A DNA stretch of 50,560 bases from a virus (IMGVR_UViG_3300042923_001793:1-50560); one strand, 5' to 3'. Positions 18,927 to 27,342 are shown, numbered from the stretch's first letter. The notes: generated from the letters alone by a model not told the origin. A program made the numbers and translations.

Positions 18927-19429
18927 TATTTACTTTTTGTAGCAAGTCCAAATATTACAGCTAATATAAATATTATGAATCCAATTACAAAATATATTAA
19001 TTTTTTAATTATGTTTAAAATATATAATATAATTATAATACTTTTATTTTTCGTTTTTTGATCTGATGTATTTTGCTGATATTTTATATTGTTTATTTGT
19101 TTTGCTTTCTCGTGATTCTGAAATTGTTTATATATTTTATTCAATATTTTATAGTAATTATTATCAATGTATTTTTTTCCTTCTTCTGATGATCCAATTA
19201 AATTTATTATATTTCTTCTATTTTCTAAATCATAAAAATAATAAATTGATTGACTGCCTTTTATTTCAAATAGTTTTATAAATTCGTTTTCTAAATCTGT
19301 TAAAAGAGACAATTTCAAGTCTCTTTTATAGTTTTTTATTTCTTCTTTTTTTTCTCGTTCTCGTTGCTTTTCAATTTGTTGTCGCTGTCTTTTTGAATAT
19401 ATAATATCAATATTTTGCGTAAATCCCAT
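18926..19429 (-). CDS. Hypothetical protein with C-terminal TM
   Basis: GGAGGT RBS; hydrophobic C-terminus. Confidence 0.6.
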   Translation of the reverse strand: MGFTQNIDIIYSKRQRQQIEKQREREKKEEIKNYKRDLKLSLLTDLENEFIKLFEIKGSQSIYYFYDLENRRNIINLIGSSEEGKKYIDNNYYKILNKIYKQFQNHEKAKQINNIKYQQNTSDQKTKNKSIIIILYILNIIKKLIYFVIGFIIFILAVIFGLATKSK

Positions 19430-19431
19430 AA

Positions 19432-19620
19432 TTACACCTCCATTATATAATTATTTTTTTGTAAATTTTCAATAAATTTATTTAATAATTTCTTATTTTT
19501 AAAAATTGCTATGTCATAAAAACGACTACCATCATTATGCTTTTTAATCCCATCATAATAATTTACTAAATATTTAATTGTACCAATATTATACATTATA
19601 CTATATTTTTTAACATCCAT
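19432..19620 (-). CDS. Hypothetical phage protein
   Basis: GGAGGT RBS; YDGIKKHNDGSRFYDIAIF. Confidence 0.6.
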   Translation of the reverse strand: MDVKKYSIMYNIGTIKYLVNYYDGIKKHNDGSRFYDIAIFKNKKLLNKFIENLQKNNYIMEV

Positions 19621-19623
19621 TTT

Positions 19624-19818
19624 TTATACCTCCATTATATAATATTTTTTAATTTTATAGTCATATTCAATTGTTATTAATTTATTATCTATTCTAATTG
19701 CATCAAGTCCAAAATATTTGAATAATTTATAAGTGTTTACATTAAATTTATCACATAAAGTGTTACATAATTCAATTATATTATTAAAATATATTTTTTT
19801 TATTTTATTATTTTTCAT
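19624..19818 (-). CDS. Hypothetical phage protein
   Basis: GGAGG RBS. Confidence 0.55.
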   Translation of the reverse strand: MKNNKIKKIYFNNIIELCNTLCDKFNVNTYKLFKYFGLDAIRIDNKLITIEYDYKIKKYYIMEV

Positions 19819-19831
19819 TTTTTTAATCCTC

Positions 19832-20389
19832 CTATTTTATAATTTCAAACTTTTTATTCCATTTGCCAACATATAAACTTAAATAAAAATTTGTGCTAAA
19901 ATAATCCGTTTGACTGTCGCTGTCATCATAGTTAAAACTATTTGCAAGATCCTTTGCATATGTTAATATTTTCTTTGCGTAATCAGTTAACATATAATCA
20001 TCTTTTATATGATAATGATTGATGTCTGAATAGTCTAAATTATCAATTTTGTTTTTCAAATAATTTAATCTGTTTTGTTTTTCTTCTGCTGTAAAACAAT
20101 AATAATATAAATTATCTGCATCATCTTTTATTATATTTTCAATTGTTTTATATGGTGATTTTGTATCTTTCATATAATAAATATGCAAACTTTGTCCACC
20201 TGAATATGATTCTTTAGTAATACTAAAATCAGCACTTGGATATTTTAGTTTTAACTGTTGTTTTATTAATTTTGCAATGTCTTTTATTTCTAAATTGCTT
20301 TTATAGTTTAAACCTTCATAAGCATTACCACTATAATTTAGTCTTGGCTTTTCTTTGTATCCTATTTTTATTTCTTCTAAATTTATCAT
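19832..20389 (-). CDS. LPD29 (large polyvalent protein-associated) domain protein
   Basis: AKLIKQQLK..FSIT..YSGGQSL..FNYDDSDSQTDYFSTNFY. Confidence 0.65.
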   Translation of the reverse strand: MINLEEIKIGYKEKPRLNYSGNAYEGLNYKSNLEIKDIAKLIKQQLKLKYPSADFSITKESYSGGQSLHIYYMKDTKSPYKTIENIIKDDADNLYYYCFTAEEKQNRLNYLKNKIDNLDYSDINHYHIKDDYMLTDYAKKILTYAKDLANSFNYDDSDSQTDYFSTNFYLSLYVGKWNKKFEIIK

Positions 20390-20402
20390 TTTTAACTCTC
20401 CT

Positions 20403-20552
20403 TTACATTTTAATTAGTGCGTGTTTATATTCTCCGCTGAATCTTGATTTGTTATTGCTAGCCCATTCGTAACGTATTCCGTTTATGTTTGTTTGATTAT
20501 CTAAATATATCCAACCTTTAGGCAATACATTTAATATTTTAACATTTTCCAT
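20403..20552 (-). CDS. 49-aa phage protein (not in ORF track)
   Basis: MENVKILNVLPKGW..NKSRFSGEYKHALIKM; RBS. Confidence 0.6.
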   Translation of the reverse strand: MENVKILNVLPKGWIYLDNQTNINGIRYEWASNNKSRFSGEYKHALIKM

Positions 20553-20553
20553 T

Positions 20554-20784
20554 TTATTCACCTTTTAACCCTTCATTTACTTTTATAAAATAGCTTTCTG
20601 CTAATTCTTGATCATATATTTCAACTTGTGTTATATCTAAATAATTTACGTTCCATAATCCGCTTATATTTTTTGCAATAATTCTATTATTTTTAACTTG
20701 ATTTTGTATTATATATCCTGTATATTCTTTGTCAATACCTTTAAATATTATATTTGTTCCTATTTCTAATTTTTTTATATCCAT
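20554..20784 (-). CDS. Hypothetical phage protein
   Basis: GGAGG RBS. Confidence 0.55.
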   Translation of the reverse strand: MDIKKLEIGTNIIFKGIDKEYTGYIIQNQVKNNRIIAKNISGLWNVNYLDITQVEIYDQELAESYFIKVNEGLKGE

Positions 20785-20798
20785 TATTTTAATCCTCC

Positions 20799-21065
20799 TT
20801 AATATATAAATGTCTTAATTATATATTGCTTTTCAATGTCTGGTATTGCAAAATTATATTTATCATATTTATCCCCAATTTTAACATCAATAAAATGTAT
20901 TAAGTTTTTTATACAAAAATTTACAATGTTTTTTCTATCTTCTTTTGTATTGTAAAATTTTGCTTGATTGTCAATGTTTTTTAAGTAATTAGCTGATATT
21001 TTTAACTGTTTTAAATTTTTAAATATATATATAACATTCTTATTTTTTAAATATGCGTATATCAT
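20799..21065 (-). CDS. Hypothetical phage protein
   Basis: Co-oriented ORF. Confidence 0.5.
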   Translation of the reverse strand: MIYAYLKNKNVIYIFKNLKQLKISANYLKNIDNQAKFYNTKEDRKNIVNFCIKNLIHFIDVKIGDKYDKYNFAIPDIEKQYIIKTFIY

Positions 21066-21067
21066 TA

Positions 21068-21262
21068 TTACAACCCCCTTTGACTTTCAATATTGATCTG
21101 TCTTTGATTTTGTGCTTGTTTTATCATATTTGTATTATCTGCTGGCACTGTGTCAAAACTTGCTACTATTATAAAACATACAGCTATAAATATAAATGTT
21201 ATTGTATTTTTAATACTCTTTATTAATCTTCTTTTATTGTTTTTTCTCATATAAAAAACCAC
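21068..21262 (-). CDS. Small single-TM peptide with basic N-terminus (likely start 21250)
   Basis: AAAGGTGG RBS lies in a leader hairpin. Confidence 0.55.
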   Translation of the reverse strand: MVFYMRKNNKRRLIKSIKNTITFIFIAVCFIIVASFDTVPADNTNMIKQAQNQRQINIESQRGL

Positions 21263-21288
21263 CTTTCAATTATTTTTAATTTTAATAC

Positions 21289-21417
21289 TTGAAAAGTGAT
21301 ATTTTTTATGTTATAATAAAAACATAACACTTTCAAATATATTGTTTGATTTTGTTATTGTATTTTTGGTGATCTTGTGATTTTGTTTTTGCGGACATTC
21401 ACAAGGTCAATTTTTTA
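21289..21417 (+). ncRNA. Putative ~95-nt antisense sRNA with its promoter and terminator
   Basis: TTGAAA-17-TATAAT (extended TG); TGATCTTGTGA/TCACAAGGTCA stem plus T run; no ORF. Confidence 0.55.
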
Positions 21418-21582
21418 TTTATTTCTTTTTGATATATAATCTAAATTTTCTTTACAAAAGCTTTCAGCCTGTTCAAGTGTTAGGTTATCTTCCATACATT
21501 TTTTAAGTGGTGAATATATACAATATAAACCCATTCCATTTTCTTTTATTATCCAATTATTAATTTGTTTAACTTCTTTCAT
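21415..21582 (-). CDS. 55-aa hypothetical protein (not in ORF track)
   Basis: GGAGGTG RBS; first gene after the promoter at 21627-21655. Confidence 0.6.
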   Translation of the reverse strand: MKEVKQINNWIIKENGMGLYCIYSPLKKCMEDNLTLEQAESFCKENLDYISKRNK

Positions 21583-21626
21583 TTATAACACCTCCAATGT
21601 TTTGATCTATTATTTATTACATTAAT

Positions 21627-21655
21627 ATTATATCACTTATGATACATAATGTCAA
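21627..21655 (-). promoter_or_regulatory. Consensus sigma-A promoter (leftward)
   Basis: TTGACA-17-TATAAT with extended TG. Confidence 0.8.
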
Positions 21656-21692
21656 TAGTTTTATCAAAATTTCTTTGATTTTATGCAATATT

Positions 21693-21863
21693 TTATGTTT
21701 TTTTTGTTATTACTATCTTATTTTTGAAATATTGTATATTTAGTTCATCATTTTCATTGAAACCAGCGTTTTCTGTTGCTATTTTTTGTAGTAGTACTTG
21801 ATAAGCTGATATAATACGATTGCCAGATGCTAGATACTGTTTTCTTGCTGTTAGTTTAGACAT
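21693..21863 (-). CDS. 56-aa AbrB/MazE-like protein (not in ORF track)
   Basis: GAAAGGAG RBS; YQVLLQK..ENAGFNENDELNIQYFKNKIVITKK resembles the swapped-hairpin pattern. Confidence 0.5.
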   Translation of the reverse strand: MSKLTARKQYLASGNRIISAYQVLLQKIATENAGFNENDELNIQYFKNKIVITKKT

Positions 21864-21912
21864 TGTTTCAACTCCTTTCTTTTAATTATTTATTATACTA
21901 TTTAAATCTTAT

Positions 21913-22131
21913 CTATATATCAATTACATTTATTATTGAAAAATAGTCTACATCATCATTGTATAGATCATATTTATTTTTTAATGATTCCATAGTGTCT
22001 TTAATATTTTCATAGCTTGGTATATGTCCGAAATTGTCTCTTTCTGTTCTAATTGTTTTACTTATTAATTTATATTGCCAACCTTTGTCATCTTTTATTT
22101 TAACTTTTAATTTTAATGTATACTTAACCAT
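21913..22131 (-). CDS. Hypothetical phage protein
   Basis: AGAGG RBS; own promoter. Confidence 0.55.
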   Translation of the reverse strand: MVKYTLKLKVKIKDDKGWQYKLISKTIRTERDNFGHIPSYENIKDTMESLKNKYDLYNDDVDYFSIINVIDI

Positions 22132-22161
22132 TTTTAAAACTTCCTCTCTTTAACTATCTAT

Positions 22162-22190
22162 ATTATACACCTTATTGTCAATAATGTCAA
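22162..22190 (-). promoter_or_regulatory. Consensus sigma-A promoter (leftward)
   Basis: TTGACA-17-TATAAT; flank shared with the 21627 promoter. Confidence 0.8.
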
Positions 22191-22194
22191 TAGT

Positions 22195-22830
22195 TTATAT
22201 AAAAATAATGTTAAAATATGCAATATATTTTATATATTTATAATATTATTATAATATATATAGTTTGTCCTATGATCTATTAATGGATCTATTATATTAA
22301 ACTATTAATTATATAAATATAATAATTAATCAGTTAATAAGTTATACTATTTATATATTATATTATATATACACGCACGCATTATATTATTATATATTAA
22401 TAACTAATAGTATATTATATCTATATTATATTATTAATTAGATCTATATATTATATATATTATTATATCAGTTTAGTATTATATATATATATTATTATAT
22501 AGTATTACAATACAGTATTATTATATTACTTTATATTATATAGAGGTGTAAAGGAAAAAACCTTTACATTTTATGTAAACAATAGAACATACGTTTATAA
22601 ATATAGTATATAATATAGGTGTATCTGTGAAAAGTATTATATATAAATAGTGATATTATTATAATAAATATGATTATATCAATGTATATTAATAGTTTAG
22701 TTTACATAGTTATAGTTCACAAAATATAAATTATGCGCAATCGATAATATATAATAGAACATATGTTTTGCTATACCCCACCCCTATACAGATAAATACA
22801 TACAGGGCGAGTTACCCCTTTACACGTATC
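22195..22830. other. Extremely AT-rich non-coding spacer ending in a C/G-run patch (possible packaging/terminus region)
   Basis: Long TATA/ATAT tracts, no ORFs, lies between divergent units. Confidence 0.5.
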
Positions 22831-23109
22831 AAAAAAGATAAAAGAGTTTATAAGTGTCTGTAAGAGATTTAGAGACATTATATCTATATAGTAAAGTAAG
22901 TTTACTAATTAATAATATAAATAGCCGTAGACAAGCACAGACTAATTTAAAAGGTATTTAAGAACATAAAAGAAACACATATTTTAGTTTAAAAAGAATA
23001 TGTGTTATTTTCATGTCTAAAATAAATATGACTATAAGGCACTAAAAAATAAAAAAAGGGGTTAATAAAGAAACAAATTTAAATAAAAAGCATTGAATTT
23101 AGTAAAATT

Positions 23110-23143
23110 TACTTTACAAAATGATAAAAAATTCGTATATAGT
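23110..23143 (+). promoter_or_regulatory. Phage promoter motif copy 2
   Basis: TACTTTACAAA..TTCGTATATAGT. Confidence 0.7.
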
Positions 23144-23145
23144 AA

Positions 23146-23367
23146 GTGAGAGATAAAAAGGTTGGTGTAAAAATTATGATTAAAAGTATGTATGAAAGAT
23201 TAAGTAATTTAATGAAAGAGGATGTATCTAGATATGAAGATCTAATGGCTGAATTAGGTAATGATACAAAGTCATTAAGCACATTAGCATTACAAGCAAT
23301 AGTAATACAATTAACGTGGAATAACAAAATTTTACTAGAAATAAACAAGGACAAACTAGGTGGTTAA
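23146..23367 (+). CDS. Hypothetical phage protein
   Basis: First ORF after the promoter. Confidence 0.5.
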   Translation: MRDKKVGVKIMIKSMYERLSNLMKEDVSRYEDLMAELGNDTKSLSTLALQAIVIQLTWNNKILLEINKDKLGG

Positions 23368-23563
23368 TATGGATTGTATGAGAGATAAACTTGGAAGAAT
23401 AGTTAGAGACACTTTAATTGATGCAGAGCAATTTATCAAATTACAAGATGATTTTGCTAATACAGGTTGTAAATTAGAACAATATAGAGGATTCAAACCT
23501 ATAAATGAAGTAGATTTTAATAAATATATAAATGAACAATCAAGTGCAATAAAAATGAGGTGA
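23360..23563 (+). CDS. Hypothetical phage protein
   Basis: Coupled ORF. Confidence 0.5.
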   Translation: MVNMDCMRDKLGRIVRDTLIDAEQFIKLQDDFANTGCKLEQYRGFKPINEVDFNKYINEQSSAIKMR

Positions 23564-23568
23564 ATTAG

Positions 23569-23805
23569 ATGTTTAAATTAATAGGGTTAATAATAGCAAT
23601 AATAGGAATTGGACTAGGTGCATATGTAGGGATAGTAGTTTTATTTGCAGGTGGATTAATAGAATTAATCAGTGGAATAAAGAACAATTTTGAAGTAACG
23701 ACAATGGTTTGGGGAATAGTTAAAATGATATTTTGTGAACTAGGCGGAGTTATAGCATGGCTTGGTATAACAATAGGAGCATTAATAGGCTGTTTAGATA
23801 ATTAG
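23569..23805 (+). CDS. Small hydrophobic membrane protein
   Basis: GAGGTG RBS; Gly-rich TM segments. Confidence 0.6.
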   Translation: MFKLIGLIIAIIGIGLGAYVGIVVLFAGGLIELISGIKNNFEVTTMVWGIVKMIFCELGGVIAWLGITIGALIGCLDN

Positions 23806-23954
23806 GAGGATTAGTATATGATTTTATTAAGTACAATATGTTTCTTTTGTTGTTTAGGTAATTTATTAAGTGGACAATTACTTTTATCATTGTTATTTGC
23901 AATAGTAGGAATATTAGCAAGTGAAATAGATATGATTAAAAAGGGTAAAGAGTA

Positions 23955-24251
23955 ATGATAACAGTTGGTAGTTATATTAAACTAATATTAAATAAAAAAG
24001 GTAAAACACAGCAATATTTAGTAGATAAAATGAATGAATTAGGATTAAGTGATGGACAAGCAATGCACTATGAACATTTATCAACTAATTTAACAACAAA
24101 TAAAATAACACCAGAATTAGCGAGAAAAATTGAAATAGCATTAGAATTAGAAAAAAACTTTTTAGTTAAAATGGTAGGAATACCAACAAATGAAAAAGGA
24201 TTAAAAAGACTAGAAGATATAGAAAATAGGGCAATAAACAGTAAAAAATAG
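23955..24251 (+). CDS. XRE-like HTH regulator
   Basis: IKLILNKKGKTQQYL..ITPELARKIEIAL. Confidence 0.6.
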   Translation: MITVGSYIKLILNKKGKTQQYLVDKMNELGLSDGQAMHYEHLSTNLTTNKITPELARKIEIALELEKNFLVKMVGIPTNEKGLKRLEDIENRAINSKK

Positions 24252-24423
24252 AGGTATGCTTATGCGAGGTAACATTCAAGAAAGTACGTACGATGAAATA
24301 TATCCAAGAACAAAACAAGCAGAGTTTAACTATCATAAATTAAATAGAACTACTATACTACTTGAAAGAAAAAGGTTAAGAAAGAAATATTTAAAAAATC
24401 TAGATAAAGAATGAGGTGTAAAT

Positions 24424-24669
24424 ATGAAATATGTAAAGAAACCAGTAGAAATTGAAGCAATACAGTGGTTAGGACATAATTTTATAGAAATAGATAACTT
24501 TATAACAATACATCACGAAACATATCCTAGTCAAAATAAACTTATAATACCTACTTTAGAGGGTAATATGGAAGCGAGTTATGGAGATTATATAATAAAA
24601 GGTGTGAATGGAGAATTTTATCCATGTAAACCAGATATATTTCATAAGACATATGAAGAAGTTATATAG
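24424..24669 (+). CDS. PGDYG-like phage protein
   Basis: [38 protein letters not shown]. Confidence 0.75.
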   Translation: MKYVKKPVEIEAIQWLGHNFIEIDNFITIHHETYPSQNKLIIPTLEGNMEASYGDYIIKGVNGEFYPCKPDIFHKTYEEVI

Positions 24670-24803
24670 AGTAATGAATAGTGCAAATAGATTATATGCT
24701 AAAAAGAACACAGTTAAAGAAGTAAAAGATACAGAAGTATTAATTAATAGATTGATATATAAAATACATAGAAGTGAATTTAATATAGATAGGGTGTGAT
24801 AGT

Positions 24804-24992
24804 ATGTATCAAGATTGGATAGAAACTTTTGATAAAGCTGTTAATAAAGGAAAAGAACAAAGTTTTGAAGAAATGTCTATTACAGAATTTGAAGAAGAAA
24901 TAGATAAATTCTTGAGAAAATACACACCAAATCAATTAATAGAAATGTTAAAAGAATGTAGCAAAATAGATAGCAAGGACAAACTAAAATAA
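24804..24992 (+). CDS. Hypothetical phage protein
   Basis: ORF with RBS. Confidence 0.45.
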   Translation: MYQDWIETFDKAVNKGKEQSFEEMSITEFEEEIDKFLRKYTPNQLIEMLKECSKIDSKDKLK

Positions 24993-25041
24993 CAAACACA
25001 TTACAAATACGAAACATAGTTGTAATGGACAAGTTGAAAGA

Positions 25042-25227
25042 GTGGTGAATAATATGTGGAGAGGCTTTTTAAAAGAAAGTAAATCTTATATGAGCTATGA
25101 TAAGTTAAATTTTATTGAAAAATTAAAATTTTGGATTAGATATCCAGTAGCGTTAATTAAATTTAAATATTATGGAGTACAAGGAAATATAAAACTTTTG
25201 ATACATAAAGCACAAAGTAAAATATAG
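25042..25227 (+). CDS. Hypothetical phage protein
   Basis: Co-oriented ORF. Confidence 0.45.
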   Translation: MVNNMWRGFLKESKSYMSYDKLNFIEKLKFWIRYPVALIKFKYYGVQGNIKLLIHKAQSKI

Positions 25228-25256
25228 ACTTTTAATTAAACTAGAGAAATCTAGTA

Positions 25257-25378
25257 ATATGTAGTGGTGGAATAAGACACTTAAAGTTGTGCTAAGATAC
25301 TTACCTTGTGTGGCGTGTATGCGGGCTGGGTGCAGGCGAATAGTATCGTGTATAGGTGGAAGTCCTATACCTACATAT
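25257..25378 (+). ncRNA. tRNA-like RNA with a long arm in place of the anticodon arm
   Basis: ATATGTAG/CTACATAT closing stem, TGGTGGAATAAGACAC D-arm, GTATAGG-TGGAAGT-CCTATAC T-like arm. Confidence 0.55.
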
Positions 25379-25381
25379 GCA

Positions 25382-25467
25382 ATAATTAGAGAAACACTGG
25401 TTCAAATCCGTCTGTGCATCCATAATAGGATGTTCGGTAGTATAGGGGTTTATTACACTCTAATTAT
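25382..25467 (+). ncRNA. Circularly permuted tRNA mimic (YrlA-like topology)
   Basis: 10-bp terminal stem, then T-arm GGTTCAAATCC, loop-closed acceptor stem and D-arm. Confidence 0.65.
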
Positions 25468-25476
25468 ATATTTTTC

Positions 25477-26126
25477 GTATACCAGTGGTATATAGAGCCA
25501 ACGGTATTGTAAGCAATAACCGTATATATTAAAAATAAGTTGGTGCCTTATCTCGATAAAGTTAAATGAGTTTTATGGGGTAATAACCATATTGGGGGAC
25601 AAACAGCCAACAAACTGCCCAGACAATCTTCGGATTGGGGAGTAACAAGTTTCGGGTTTTAACGTATTAAATTACGGTTTATTGATAACCTGCAACTCGA
25701 AAGAGATAAAAAACTTAGTCCGTGTAGAGAACTTGGCTCTACTTAAATTATAAATAAGTTGGTAGCATAGCATTGCATTTAAATGTATTAGGTTGTCTTG
25801 GGTGCATAAGGGTTACAGCCAACAACAGTAAATTGTTAATGCTATGTAATCCATAGAGAGATAAGTAACATTAGCCTAGACCGAAATGTCTTAATAGTAG
25901 AAATACTATTCCTAAACTAATTTGGTTAAGAGGGTTAAAGTGGTAGTAACCGCCCATAGAGATATGTAGGAAATGCTAGAGTACCGCCTAGCCGACCAAA
26001 AAAATGGTATGTACAAACCACCTAAAACGTTAAGGTAATTTAAAAATTGTATCGCCTCCTGTATATGGTCGATTTATATACATATCCATTAGTGCTAGGA
26101 GAAATAAATAAGCACTGCCAGTGTAC
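25477..26126 (+). ncRNA. Large ornate ncRNA, ROOL/GOLLD-like
   Basis: ~650 nt ORF-free and GC-enriched; many hairpins, UUCG/GAAA loops, duplicated pseudoknot module; abuts phage tRNAs. Confidence 0.7.
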
Positions 26127-26156
26127 CAGTATAACCTTAGGGCTACTGGTCTATAT

Positions 26157-26230
26157 GTGGGTTTAGTTTAGTGGTAAAACAATAGTCTCCAAAACTATTG
26201 TCTATGGTTCGATTCCATAAACCTATGCCA
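26157..26230 (+). tRNA. tRNA-Trp (CCA)
   Basis: Cloverleaf; loop CTCCAAA, GGTTCGATTCC, encoded CCA. Confidence 0.92.
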
Positions 26231-26294
26231 TCTAAGTTGTAAGTAAAATCCTATGGTATGAACTTTTGCCCTATCAAACGATAGGGGTATATAT

Positions 26295-26381
26295 GGAAAA
26301 CTAAACATAAAGGTTTATGTAACTGTTTGCTAAACAGATTGTATCGAAAGGTATGTGTTTCAAGTACACAGTTTTCCGCCA
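26295..26381 (+). tRNA. tRNA-Ser (GCT), atypical
   Basis: GGAAAAC/GTTTTCC-G-CCA; loop TTGCTAA; long variable arm. Confidence 0.8.
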
Positions 26382-26386
26382 AATTT

Positions 26387-26473
26387 GGAAGAGTAATTAC
26401 AACGGCTTGTAACCTAGTCTTGAAAACTAGTGGTATTGAAAGATATGGGGGTCGACACCTCACTTTTCCGCCA
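26387..26473 (+). tRNA. tRNA-Ser (TGA), atypical T-loop
   Basis: GGAAGAG/CTTTTCC-G-CCA; loop CTTGAAA; long variable arm. Confidence 0.82.
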
Positions 26474-26475
26474 AT

Positions 26476-26552
26476 GTGCTTGTGATGGAATTGGCATACA
26501 TATGCGACTTAAAATCGTAGTTTTGTGAGTTCGACTCTCACCTTGCACACCA
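26476..26552 (+). tRNA. tRNA-Leu (TAA), short variable loop
   Basis: Loop CTTAAAA; GTGAG-TTCGACT-CTCAC; A73-CCA. Confidence 0.8.
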
Positions 26553-26571
26553 AATATATAAAGGGGAATAT

Positions 26572-27339
26572 ATGAAAAAAGACTTTGATATTTTAGTTTA
26601 TTCATTTAATGATAACATTAAGATTTATCCATTATCTGATTTGCATTATGGTACTGAAGGATTTATGAGTGAAAAATGGGCAGAATTTAAAAACAGATTA
26701 TTAAAAGAAAAAAATAGTTATGTAGTTATAGCAGGTGATATGATAAATAACGCATTAAAAAGTAGCGTATCAAATTGTTATACTGACATAAGACCTAGCG
26801 AGCAAAAACAATGGTTAGCAAAAGAATTAGCACCAATTAAAGACAAAATATTATGTATTGTTAGTGGAAATCATGAAAATAGAAGTTTAAAAGATGCAGA
26901 TGATAGTCCACTATATGATGTATGTTGCAAATTAGACATAGAGGACAAGTATAGACCTAATATGGCTTTTGTAAAAATACAATTAGGTAAAAGAAATAGT
27001 GACAGACAAACATATACATTAGGAGTTATGCACGGATCTGGTGGGGGAATATACACAGGTGGAGCAGTTAATAGAAATGAAAGGTTTGGCTATGTAATAG
27101 ATGGACTAGATTGTTTAATTACAGGACATACACATAAACCAGTATTGAGTAGACCGAGTAAAATGGTAATAGATACACATAACAATAAAATAACATTTAA
27201 ACCATTCACGGTAATAACAGCTACAAGTTGGTTGGATTATGGAGATTATGCTTTAAGAATGCAATTATTACCAGCAACATTTGCATTACAAGAAATTTTT
27301 TTAGATAAAAAGAATAAAGAAATAGCAGTAAAATTTTAA
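26572..27339 (+). CDS. Calcineurin-like metallophosphoesterase
   Basis: SDLHYG, AGDM, GNHE, HG, GHTH motifs. Confidence 0.88.
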   Translation: MKKDFDILVYSFNDNIKIYPLSDLHYGTEGFMSEKWAEFKNRLLKEKNSYVVIAGDMINNALKSSVSNCYTDIRPSEQKQWLAKELAPIKDKILCIVSGNHENRSLKDADDSPLYDVCCKLDIEDKYRPNMAFVKIQLGKRNSDRQTYTLGVMHGSGGGIYTGGAVNRNERFGYVIDGLDCLITGHTHKPVLSRPSKMVIDTHNNKITFKPFTVITATSWLDYGDYALRMQLLPATFALQEIFLDKKNKEIAVKF

Positions 27340-27342
27340 CAG

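Noticed and set aside
25289-25495. 68-aa ORF in the ORF track
   Set aside because: Overlaps two tRNA-like structures, has no clear RBS and has atypical composition.
26251-26605. Two minus-strand ORFs
   Set aside because: Antisense shadows of the tRNA genes.
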